A stretch of DNA of 60,174 bases, taken from NCBI GenBank assembly GCA_964512285.1, contig CAZEJO010000008.1, positions 1 to 60,174 on the forward strand, written 5' to 3'. The stretch is from an uncultured Dehalococcoidia bacterium (lineage in GTDB: Bacteria > Chloroflexota > Dehalococcoidia > SM23-28-2). The notes under the pieces are model-generated. The model saw only the letters and a list, made by a program, of their open reading frames with translations. It was not told the DNA's origin and did not search any database. Positions 27,830 to 36,111 of the stretch are shown in pieces. The position numbers and the translations under genes are program-made. Positions within the stretch are counted from its first letter, which is position 1; each line of letters starts with the position of its first letter.

Positions 27830-29107
27830 TTAGTGAGCGGGGAGCTCCACCGTGAGGGTGGTGCCCGTGCCTGGGGAGCTGTCGACTCGTATCGAGCCCC
27901 GGTGACCTTCCACGATCCACTTGGCGATCGCCAACCCCAGGCCGGTCCCTCCCTCGGCTCGGGAGCGTGCCTTGTCCGCTCGGTAGAAGCGGTCGAAGAC
28001 ATGGGGGAGGGCCTCCGGCGGGATGCCGCTGCCCGAGTCCCTGACGCACACCACCGCCTTGCCGCCATCTGCCTCCAGCGTCAGTTCCACTATCCCCGCG
28101 GCGTCCGTGAACTTGATGGCGTTGTCGAGCAGGATGAGCAGAAGCTCTCTTAGGCGCACCTCATCCCCCTGGACCCGGACCTGTCCGTCGACGCGGACGT
28201 CTAGCTGAAGCTCCTTCTTGTCGGTCAGCACCCTCACCTGCTTTCCCACGTCTTCCACCAAGTCGTGGAGGGCAATTTCCGTGAAGGTGAAGGGGGTTGT
28301 GCCGGCGTCGGCCTTTGTCAGGGTCAGCATCTGGCTGACCAGAGTGCTCAGCCCGTCGGTCTCCCGAATGATGTCGTTCAGGGAAGGCATGTTGGCTCGA
28401 ACGGGCTCCTCGGGATGGCGCTGTAGGAGCTCAGCGTTGGCCCGGATCAGCGATAGAGGCGTGCGCAGCTCGTGGGAGGCATCGGCCACGAAGACCCGCT
28501 GACGGTCCATAGCAGCGCCTATGGGCCGGAGAACCCGGCCGGCGAGGAAGAAGCCGCCGACGAGGGCAAGCGCTAACCCGCCGCCGCCGCCGCCGCCGAG
28601 AATGAATATCAGGCGACGCAGGGCCTCTTTTTCGGGCTCAATGCTCCTGCCCACCTGCAGTGCCACATCAAGCGCCTGGGGGCCCCTTATGGGCACCACA
28701 TACACGCGCAGGCTCTCGTCGGTGGAGGAGTCCGTGTTCTCGAAAGCGGGGTCGCCGTCCAGCGCCTTCTCGATGGTCTCCTGACTTGCCAGGCCGTTGG
28801 GGTCGACGTTGGCCGTGCTCGCCAGCAGCTCGCCGTCGCGGTCGACCAGGGCGTAGAAGTAGCCGCCTGCGGTGAAGGTGGGCCCCACGATGACGTTTAC
28901 GGGAGACTGCTCGGGTCGAATCTGCTGGCCGAGCCTCGGAGCCAGCACGCGCACCTCGGTGGTGGCGCGGTCGCGCAGGCTGTCGTCGACGGCGTCGAAG
29001 AGGACGGCGTGGGCGGTGAAGTAAACAACGACGCCGAGCACGGTCAGGATCAGAGCCAGGACAGCCACGAACCAGAGGGTCAGACGCCAGCGTGTTGAAG
29101 CAAACAT
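27830..29107 (-). CDS. Membrane sensor histidine kinase
   Basis: Two TM helices; H-box FVADASHELRTPL; N-box LLDNAIKF; DSGSGI; FDRFYR; GTGLGLAI. Confidence 0.95.
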   Translation of the reverse strand: MFASTRWRLTLWFVAVLALILTVLGVVVYFTAHAVLFDAVDDSLRDRATTEVRVLAPRLGQQIRPEQSPVNVIVGPTFTAGGYFYALVDRDGELLASTANVDPNGLASQETIEKALDGDPAFENTDSSTDESLRVYVVPIRGPQALDVALQVGRSIEPEKEALRRLIFILGGGGGGGLALALVGGFFLAGRVLRPIGAAMDRQRVFVADASHELRTPLSLIRANAELLQRHPEEPVRANMPSLNDIIRETDGLSTLVSQMLTLTKADAGTTPFTFTEIALHDLVEDVGKQVRVLTDKKELQLDVRVDGQVRVQGDEVRLRELLLILLDNAIKFTDAAGIVELTLEADGGKAVVCVRDSGSGIPPEALPHVFDRFYRADKARSRAEGGTGLGLAIAKWIVEGHRGSIRVDSSPGTGTTLTVELPAH

Positions 29108-29109
29108 AA

Positions 29110-29781
29110 CTATCGACCGAGGAAGTAGCCGACGCCGCGGATCGTGCCGATGAGCTTGTCGGGGTGTCCCTTGTCAACCTTGCGTCGGACGTAGGAAACG
29201 TAGACATCCACCAGATTGGAATCGGGCGTGTGGTCGTAGCCCCAGAGGTGATCGAGGATCTGGGTGCGGGTGACCACGCGCCCCTCGTTGCGCATGAGGA
29301 ACTCCAGCAGAGCGAACTCCTTGGGGCTCAGCTCGATGACGCGGCCAGCCCGTTCGGCGCGTCGTCGGTTCAAGTCCAGCACCAGGTCAGCGGACTGGAG
29401 CCGTTCGGGCTCGCGGGCCTGGACGCGACGGCGACCCAGGGCACGCAGGCGGGCCAGGAGCTCCTGGAAGGCGAATGGCTTGGTGAGGTAGTCGTCGGCG
29501 CCGGCGTCCAAGCCCCGCACGCGGTCGTTCACGTCGTCGAGGGCGGTGAGCAGGATGACAGGTGTATCCACGCGGTTCTTGCGCAGCGACTGGCAGACTT
29601 CGATGCCGTCGAGCCCCGGCAGTAGGATGTCAAGGACGATGACGTCGTGGGAGCCCTCCATGGCCATGGCCAGCCCCTCCTCGCCGTCGTAGGCCAGGTC
29701 GACTGTGTGGCCCTCCTCCTCCAGTACGCGCCGTATCACTCGGGCCAGGCGTCGTTCGTCCTCTACCACCAATGTGTACAT
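29110..29781 (-). CDS. OmpR/PhoB-family response regulator
   Basis: LVVEDE, LDILLP, GLDAGADDYLTKPF, winged helix VDVYVSYVRRK..TIRGVGY. Confidence 0.95.
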   Translation of the reverse strand: MYTLVVEDERRLARVIRRVLEEEGHTVDLAYDGEEGLAMAMEGSHDVIVLDILLPGLDGIEVCQSLRKNRVDTPVILLTALDDVNDRVRGLDAGADDYLTKPFAFQELLARLRALGRRRVQAREPERLQSADLVLDLNRRRAERAGRVIELSPKEFALLEFLMRNEGRVVTRTQILDHLWGYDHTPDSNLVDVYVSYVRRKVDKGHPDKLIGTIRGVGYFLGR

Positions 29782-29804
29782 GCTCACCTGCCCTTGGTGC
29801 ATCT

Positions 29805-29907
29805 ATTGTAGACGAAAAACATTAAGAAAACATTAAAGACATTCTGGCCCAATGTTGAGGGACTCTAATACGTTTCCAATGTGGCCTTAAGGTTGGTGGG
29901 CTAATCT
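29805..29907. promoter_or_regulatory. Divergent promoters carrying 11-bp-spaced direct repeats (OmpR-type boxes)
   Basis: Minus strand: TTAATGT x2 then N8-TACAAT. Plus strand: ctaatac/ccaatgt/ttaaggt at 11-bp spacing then N8-TAATCT. Confidence 0.65.
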
Positions 29908-29973
29908 GTGTAGCAGTGGTTGTTTGTGGGGATGGAGGAGTCCTAGGGTCTCCTCCAGGTAGGCAAAGGAGGT

Positions 29974-30897
29974 ATGGTGATGGCCAAGAATCGACTAGTG
30001 CGGGCGGGGATAGCAGTGGTGGCCCTGCTCGCGGTTGTGGGAAGTGCTGCCTTCCTCATCGCTGCCGCTGATAGCGCAGGCTCGACGAAGGCCTCTGCGG
30101 CAGCGTCCGCAACGGAGAGCCAGTCGGAAAATCCCTGGTTAGGGGTGACGCTAGCTCGCACTCCAGACGGCGTTACCATCGCTCAGGTTATCGCCGACAG
30201 CCCCGCCGACGCAGCGGGCCTGCAGCGGGGCGATGTCATCGAAGCCGTCGATGGGACCGAGGTCGACAATACGAGCGAATTCCGCGATCAGCTCGCCGAC
30301 AAGAACGTCGGTGACACCGTGACCTTGAGCATATCCCGCGACGGCCAGGCTCAGGATGTTGCCGTCACCCTGGAGGCGCAGCCAGAGGCGCTTCCACGGG
30401 CGATTCCCTTGCTGCCGGAACTGGAAGGCATACCGTCGGGTGAGATGTTCGGCCACATCCTCGGCGGACAGTTCAATCTGACAGACGAGGAGGGCAACCC
30501 CGTCACAGTCGTCCTGGAGGCAGGGACCGTCGCGAGCGTTGACGCCGATGCTGGCACGCTGACGGTGGACCTGAACGCTGGCGGCACCAAGACCTACACG
30601 GTGGAGGACGATGACCTCATCTGTCGGGGCGGTCTCTCCGACCTGGAGGAAGGCGACAACGTCACGGTCATGACGGTGGGCGACGACGTACGCGCCGTGC
30701 TCCCAGGTGGCGGGCTGGGCTTCCTTCCCGGCCTGGGTGGAAAGCACGGCCGGTTCGGCTTCGGTGAAGGCCCATTCGGTGATCGGGGCTTCAATCGTGG
30801 CGGATTCGGCGATCGGGGCTTCGAGAATGGCGGTTTCGGTTCGTTCTCTGTGCCGGACGCTGGTCCCAACAACGCCGCCTCCGGTACAGGGCTGTAA
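29974..30897 (+). CDS. Secreted/anchored PDZ-domain protein with Gly/Phe-rich tail
   Basis: Signal/anchor helix; PWLGV..V.ADSPADAAGLQRGDVI.AVDG (PDZ); FGDRGF repeats; AAGGAGG RBS. Confidence 0.85.
   Translation: MVMAKNRLVRAGIAVVALLAVVGSAAFLIAAADSAGSTKASAAASATESQSENPWLGVTLARTPDGVTIAQVIADSPADAAGLQRGDVIEAVDGTEVDNTSEFRDQLADKNVGDTVTLSISRDGQAQDVAVTLEAQPEALPRAIPLLPELEGIPSGEMFGHILGGQFNLTDEEGNPVTVVLEAGTVASVDADAGTLTVDLNAGGTKTYTVEDDDLICRGGLSDLEEGDNVTVMTVGDDVRAVLPGGGLGFLPGLGGKHGRFGFGEGPFGDRGFNRGGFGDRGFENGGFGSFSVPDAGPNNAASGTGL
30775..30840 (+). repeat. 30-bp tandem repeat encoding FGDRGFxxGG
   Basis: ttcggtgatcggggcttcaatcgtggcgga / ttcggcgatcggggcttcgagaatggcggt / ttcggt. Confidence 0.8.
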
Positions 30898-30906
30898 GCT
30901 AGACCG

Positions 30907-30928
30907 GGGCTGAGATCAATCTCAGCCC
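30907..30928 (+). terminator. Hairpin downstream of the PDZ gene
   Basis: gggctgaga-tcaa-tctcagccc; no strong U-tract. Confidence 0.5.
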
Positions 30929-31248
30929 TAATGAGAATGCCCCCTCGGGAGCGCCTCCTCCCGCTGTGGCAGCGATGGGAGGTGAGTAGGCGCAGAAGTC
31001 GCGAGGGCTGCCGGACTAGGAGAGCAGACATCCGGCAGCCCTCCGCGCTTCGCGGCTCACCTGCGACAGGCTTAAGTTGGCCGCTGCAATGCTGTTTGTG
31101 GCGGCATTTTCGATTAGCCAAGCCAGTGCGTCGGCTACGTCTGTTTGACTGTAAGACGTCTGCAAGCCATCATATGGTTACTTGAATCAGTGGTCTACCG
31201 ATGTGCGGTAGGCTTGCGTCATCTTCACAGGCAAGGAGCTGGGGACTC

Positions 31249-33135
31249 ATGGGAATGATCGATAGGAGAAGGCCTCGCTGGCTTGTGCTCTTGGCTGTGC
31301 TGATAGCCGTTGCGGTGGGAGGCTTCTTGGTCTACTACTTCTGGTTCACTGACAACGGCTCCGATGGGGAAGCCTTCAACACGTACACGGTGACCACGAG
31401 CACCATTCGCTTCAGCGTCACTACCTCGGGCGAGGCAAAAGCGGTGAGGGACACGGTGGCCAGCTTCGGCATAGCGGGCAGGGTGGAGTCTATCGACGTA
31501 AAGCTGGGCGATGAGGTCAAGACAGACCAGGAGCTGGCCAGCCTGGAAACCGACACCCTGGAGAATCAGCTAGCCACGGCCGAGGCAAATCTTCTGTCGG
31601 CGCGCATCCGGCTACAGCAGATCGAAGACGGGGCCTCTGACGCCGAGAAGGCAGCCGCTCAAGAGGCGGTGGTGAGCGCTCAAGTGGCATATGACACAGC
31701 CTCGGATAACCTGGATGATCTGCTGGACGGACCTTCTGATGCTGAGCTGTCTGCGGCGGAGGAGAGAGTAAGGAGCGCTGAATCAGCGCTTCTTGCTGCC
31801 CAGGATAGCCTGAGGAAGCTGGAGGAGGGCGCTTCGGAGGCCGATCTGGCGGCCGCTGAGGCTAATGTGGCAATCGCCGAGGCGAACCTGACGAGCGCCA
31901 AGAGTCTGCGAACAAGCGCCAAGGCGAACGTGCAGTCGACGGAAGCAGCTCTCCAGGGCGCCGCTGAGGCCTATTGCGACGCCGACGACCATATCTTCGA
32001 CATCTGCGAGGACTTCTCCGATGACTTCTCCATCCCCCTCACCAAGCACCAAATCAATCAACTCAACGATTCCATTAACCCTGAGGAAGACCCGGAAGCG
32101 GCCCTCGTTGCGGCGACCAGCGCTCTCATCCAGGCCAACTCAGTTTACAGCAGCGCGCTGGCAAGCGAAGGCGATGCCAATGCAGCCGTTGGGGCTGCCG
32201 AGATCGCTCTTGCATCCGCCCAGGAAGCTCTCGACGAGGTGAAAGAGGGGGCCGACCCAGAGGAGATTGCTACGGCCGAAGCAGCGGTGACAGCGGCCGA
32301 GCAGGCCCTGGAAGCGGCTCAGCTACAACTGGACGAGCTTCGCGATGGGCCGACCGAGTCTGACATTGCCGCCGCCCAGGGCGCAGTCGACACTGCGGCC
32401 GCGAATTTGGCGACAGCCATAGCGACCAGGGATGATGTCTTTGCTGGCGCTGACCAAGAGGACATCGACTTGCAGACTCAGCAGGTGCAGATCGCTGAGT
32501 TGGCAGTGAAGCAGGCTCGCGAGAACCTGGAGGACGCGAAGCTGATAGCGCCCTTCGATGGCACTGTCGCAGCGGTTAACATCAGCGAGGGCGATCTGGT
32601 CACCTCGGCTACCCCGGCCATGACTCTGCTCACGCCTGATGCCCTGGAGGTGGAGCTGACTCTTGGCGAGACGGACCTGCCCAGCGTGAGGGTTGGTCAC
32701 AAGGGGCTCATCATCTTCGATGCCATCCTGGAGAAGGCTTATCCGCTGACAGTAACGGAAATAGGCCTGGCTCCCACCATAGAGCAGGGCGTGGTCATTT
32801 ATCTTGCCACCGCCCAGCTTGATGGGTTCGATGCCAACGCTGACGTTCGGCCGGCTCCAGGCATGAGTGGATCGGCCGTTATTGTTACCGAGGAAAAGGC
32901 CGGTGTCCTGGCTGTACCCAACACGGCCATTAGGCGTCGCGGGCAGGACAAGGTCGTTGAGGTAGTGAGCGACGGCAAGCTCGAGACCAGGAAGGTCCAG
33001 ACAGGCGCTAGTGACGCTGAAAAGACGGAGGTCCTCAGCGGCCTGAAGGTTGGCGATGTGGTGAAGCTCCCAGGCAGCGTTTCGGTTGAGGAGGCAGCGG
33101 GGGAAGCGGAGGAACTTCCGGCCGGTCTTCGCTAG
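31249..33135 (+). CDS. MacA/HlyD-type membrane-fusion adaptor with a long repeated helical hairpin
   Basis: N-terminal TM; GRVESIDVKLGDEV and LIAPFDGTV lipoyl-like halves; PGMSG; VPNTAI; EVLSGL..GD. Start uncertain (31201-31255). Confidence 0.88.
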   Translation: MGMIDRRRPRWLVLLAVLIAVAVGGFLVYYFWFTDNGSDGEAFNTYTVTTSTIRFSVTTSGEAKAVRDTVASFGIAGRVESIDVKLGDEVKTDQELASLETDTLENQLATAEANLLSARIRLQQIEDGASDAEKAAAQEAVVSAQVAYDTASDNLDDLLDGPSDAELSAAEERVRSAESALLAAQDSLRKLEEGASEADLAAAEANVAIAEANLTSAKSLRTSAKANVQSTEAALQGAAEAYCDADDHIFDICEDFSDDFSIPLTKHQINQLNDSINPEEDPEAALVAATSALIQANSVYSSALASEGDANAAVGAAEIALASAQEALDEVKEGADPEEIATAEAAVTAAEQALEAAQLQLDELRDGPTESDIAAAQGAVDTAAANLATAIATRDDVFAGADQEDIDLQTQQVQIAELAVKQARENLEDAKLIAPFDGTVAAVNISEGDLVTSATPAMTLLTPDALEVELTLGETDLPSVRVGHKGLIIFDAILEKAYPLTVTEIGLAPTIEQGVVIYLATAQLDGFDANADVRPAPGMSGSAVIVTEEKAGVLAVPNTAIRRRGQDKVVEVVSDGKLETRKVQTGASDAEKTEVLSGLKVGDVVKLPGSVSVEEAAGEAEELPAGLR

Positions 33136-33150
33136 GCAGCAATTCGCACC

Positions 33151-33897
33151 ATGGTCAAGCTGACCGATATCACCAAGGTCTACCACGCTGGCGATGTGCC
33201 AGTGCCCGCTCTGCGAGGGATCAACCTGGAGATACGGGAGGGCGAGTTCCTGGCCATCATGGGGCCTTCGGGCTCCGGCAAGTCTACCCTCCTGAATATC
33301 CTCGGCTGCCTGGACAAACCCACGTCAGGGACTTATGAACTCGATGGCCTGACGGTCAGTGCGTTCGATGAGGAGCGGCTGGCGGTGCTCCGTAATCGCA
33401 AGATCGGCTTCGTCTTCCAGAGCTTCAACCTCCTTCGTCGCCTATCAGCTATCGAGCAGGTGGAGCTACCCTTGCTCTATCGCAGGACGCCCAACCGGCG
33501 GCAGCTAGCGCATCAGGCGCTTGTTGACATGGGACTGTCCGACCGCACAGCGCACCGGCCGCCGCAGCTTTCGGGAGGCGAACAGCAGCGGGTGGCCATT
33601 GCCCGTTGCCTTGTGACGAGTCCTGCACTGGTGCTGGCTGACGAGCCGACAGGCGCCCTGGATACTAATACCGGCCACGATATCATGCACATCTTTCAGC
33701 GACTCAACGCGGAGCGGGACATAACCATTGCCCTTGTGACGCACGAAGAGGAGATCGCCGCCTACGCTCACAGAGTCATTCGGCTTCAAGATGGGCAGAT
33801 CGTCAGCGATGAGGTGATGCCATCGTCGAAGGGATCACCAAGGGCGGGAAAACCCTCGCTCGGTGGTGACGGTGGAAGAGAGGCTTCGACGGCATGA
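33151..33897 (+). CDS. ABC ATPase, MacB/LolD family
   Basis: [40 protein letters not shown]. Confidence 0.95.
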   Translation: MVKLTDITKVYHAGDVPVPALRGINLEIREGEFLAIMGPSGSGKSTLLNILGCLDKPTSGTYELDGLTVSAFDEERLAVLRNRKIGFVFQSFNLLRRLSAIEQVELPLLYRRTPNRRQLAHQALVDMGLSDRTAHRPPQLSGGEQQRVAIARCLVTSPALVLADEPTGALDTNTGHDIMHIFQRLNAERDITIALVTHEEEIAAYAHRVIRLQDGQIVSDEVMPSSKGSPRAGKPSLGGDGGREASTA

Positions 33898-35171
33898 GTA
33901 TCATCGACACCATCCGTACTGCCTTGGCCGCGCTGGCTGCGAACAAGCTGCGCTCGTCGCTGACCATGCTTGGCATCATCATCGGAGTGAGCGCGGTCAT
34001 CACCCTCATGGCGGTGGGTCAAGGTTCTCAGAAAGGCGTGACGGAGCGTCTTCGGGGGCTGGGGAGCAATCTTATCTTCATCAGGCCCGGGCAGTCTCAG
34101 GCATCGAATGTTCAGGCGGCGGTATATGGGGGGCAGGCACTGACCTTGGTGGACACGGATGCCTACGCGATCAATGACCCCGAGCGGTTTCCCTATGTGG
34201 AGGGCGTGGCGCCGCAGATCGACTTCGAGGGCAGACTGATCGCCGGTGGCGAGAACACGACCACCACCATCATCGGCACTACGCCCGATTACCAGTATGT
34301 ACGCGATTTCTATGTGGCGAATGGCCAGTTCCTCAGTGAAGACGATATTACCCGCAAAGGCCTTGTGGCTGTGCTGGGAGACAGGGTGGCCGATATGCTC
34401 TTCGGTGACAGCGACCCCGTCGGCAAGTCCGTGCGTCTAGCGGTGGGCCCTGGCGGCATGATCTCATTCAACTTCCGGGTCATCGGCGTCATGGAGCCGA
34501 AAGGGGCTACGGTCACCGGCGATGAGGATGACCTGATGTTCATACCCCTGCCGACGATGCAGGCCCGTATTCCCATCCTGAGGAATCCTCAGGGGCTCAG
34601 CAACGTGTTCCAGATCTCGGTAAAGGTGAGCGATAGGGGTGACTTCGAGCAAGCGGAGGAGGAGATAGGGGCCTTACTCCGCGAGCGTCACAACGTGGAA
34701 GAGGATGACTTCGAGATTCTAACTCAGACTGACGTGGCCAACTTGCAGGCCGCTGAGACCGAGATATCTCAGACGCTGTGGGCGGCGATGGCGGCCATCG
34801 CCGGCATCTCCCTAGCGGTCGGCGGGATCGGCATCATGAACATCATGCTGGTCTCGGTCACGGAGCGCACCCGCGAGATAGGCATCCGCAAGGCCATAGG
34901 AGCGACGCGGGGCGACATTCTTATGCAGTTCCTGGTTGAAGCTCTGATGGTCACGATGGCCGGTGGAGCCATCGGGGTTATTCTGGGCATTACGCTCTCG
35001 ACGATGGCGGACGGACGCACCATCCTGGAGCAGAGCGTGCGGGCGGATGTCTCGGCGGTGGCCGTGATCCTGGCCTTCAGCGTGTCCGCGGTTATTGGCC
35101 TGTTCTTTGGTATCTATCCCGCTTTCAACGCCTCTCGCCTCAACCCCATTGAGGCCTTGCACCACGAATAG
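33894..35171 (+). CDS. ABC permease, MacB/FtsX family
   Basis: NKLRSSLTMLGIIIG, VGGIGIMNIMLVSVTERTREIGIRKAIGA, GIYPA..ASRLNPIEAL. Confidence 0.95.
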   Translation: MSIIDTIRTALAALAANKLRSSLTMLGIIIGVSAVITLMAVGQGSQKGVTERLRGLGSNLIFIRPGQSQASNVQAAVYGGQALTLVDTDAYAINDPERFPYVEGVAPQIDFEGRLIAGGENTTTTIIGTTPDYQYVRDFYVANGQFLSEDDITRKGLVAVLGDRVADMLFGDSDPVGKSVRLAVGPGGMISFNFRVIGVMEPKGATVTGDEDDLMFIPLPTMQARIPILRNPQGLSNVFQISVKVSDRGDFEQAEEEIGALLRERHNVEEDDFEILTQTDVANLQAAETEISQTLWAAMAAIAGISLAVGGIGIMNIMLVSVTERTREIGIRKAIGATRGDILMQFLVEALMVTMAGGAIGVILGITLSTMADGRTILEQSVRADVSAVAVILAFSVSAVIGLFFGIYPAFNASRLNPIEALHHE

Positions 35172-35189
35172 GGACGGCAGAGCCTATTT

Positions 35190-35918
35190 CTACTGGAGGG
35201 CTTCGACCATCCGTTCGTCCAGAGTGCGGATGATGTCCTCCACCTCCTGTCCAGGTGTGGCGCCGCCTATTGCACTCACGATGATGTAAGCGGTGGCTCG
35301 TCCTCGGCGAATAGCGACCAGGTGGGATATGAAGTCAATGTCAATATCGAACTCCGCGTCCTCCGGGTGGAGTGTGCCTGTGAGAAGGGCTGCCAGCGTC
35401 TCATCACCGATGGTGGGGAACGACATCGGTTCGCTCTCAAGGGCGATCACACCGGGGACGAGGGCCATACTCCGGCTGGAGTCAGCAGCTACCTCTCTGC
35501 CCCATTCCATGCCGGCCACAGCTCCCTCGGCCGTCTCGAAGAGGCTCAGTGAGACGCTGACCGAGGCAGTGCCGCCGTTGATAAAGGTGCCCGTAGGGTC
35601 GTTCGTCATATAGTTGGCGTCATATCCCAGCAGGCGGCCCCATTCATTGAAGCGGTCAAGAGCCGCTTGGGATCCCTCCGGATCGGTTGCGGCGGCTTCC
35701 TCGTTGTCCGTGAATTCCTCTTCCTCCAGGGCAAAGCCGGCGGGCACATCATCCAGTGTCAGGGCTATGCTCTTGAGCGTGGCCTCCAGCGTTGGCCTGT
35801 CCGTCGGAACCGTCGTTGCGGAGGATCCTTCCTCGTCACCTCCGCCGCCGCAGCCAACGCCAACGACCAGCGGAACCGCGACGAAAGCAAGAGCGAGTGC
35901 GATGAGCCAAGTTCTCAT
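35190..35918 (-). CDS. Hypothetical lipoprotein
   Basis: Start MRTWL follows GGAGG; hydrophobic signal with VGC lipobox; acidic body. Confidence 0.7.
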   Translation of the reverse strand: MRTWLIALALAFVAVPLVVGVGCGGGGDEEGSSATTVPTDRPTLEATLKSIALTLDDVPAGFALEEEEFTDNEEAAATDPEGSQAALDRFNEWGRLLGYDANYMTNDPTGTFINGGTASVSVSLSLFETAEGAVAGMEWGREVAADSSRSMALVPGVIALESEPMSFPTIGDETLAALLTGTLHPEDAEFDIDIDFISHLVAIRRGRATAYIIVSAIGGATPGQEVEDIIRTLDERMVEALQ

Positions 35919-36111
35919 AGTGACCTCCCATCGTGTTCGTGCGCCACGCCGTCGTCGAGCGATGCTGCTTAGCGCCTGTGGCTGGTTGATCAGCCGCGGC
36001 GGGAAGAGGGTGGTGAGCATCGCGGGTTTGGCAGAGCACACCGCCCTCGATTATAGCAGGTGTGGCGGCAATAGTGCGCGGGTGTTCCGTAGATTGGTGG
36101 CCAGCTTGCAG

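Noticed and set aside
28578-28597. (GCC)n run as a phase-variable repeat
   Set aside because: An in-frame triplet run encoding poly-Gly in a TM region; slippage would not shift the frame.
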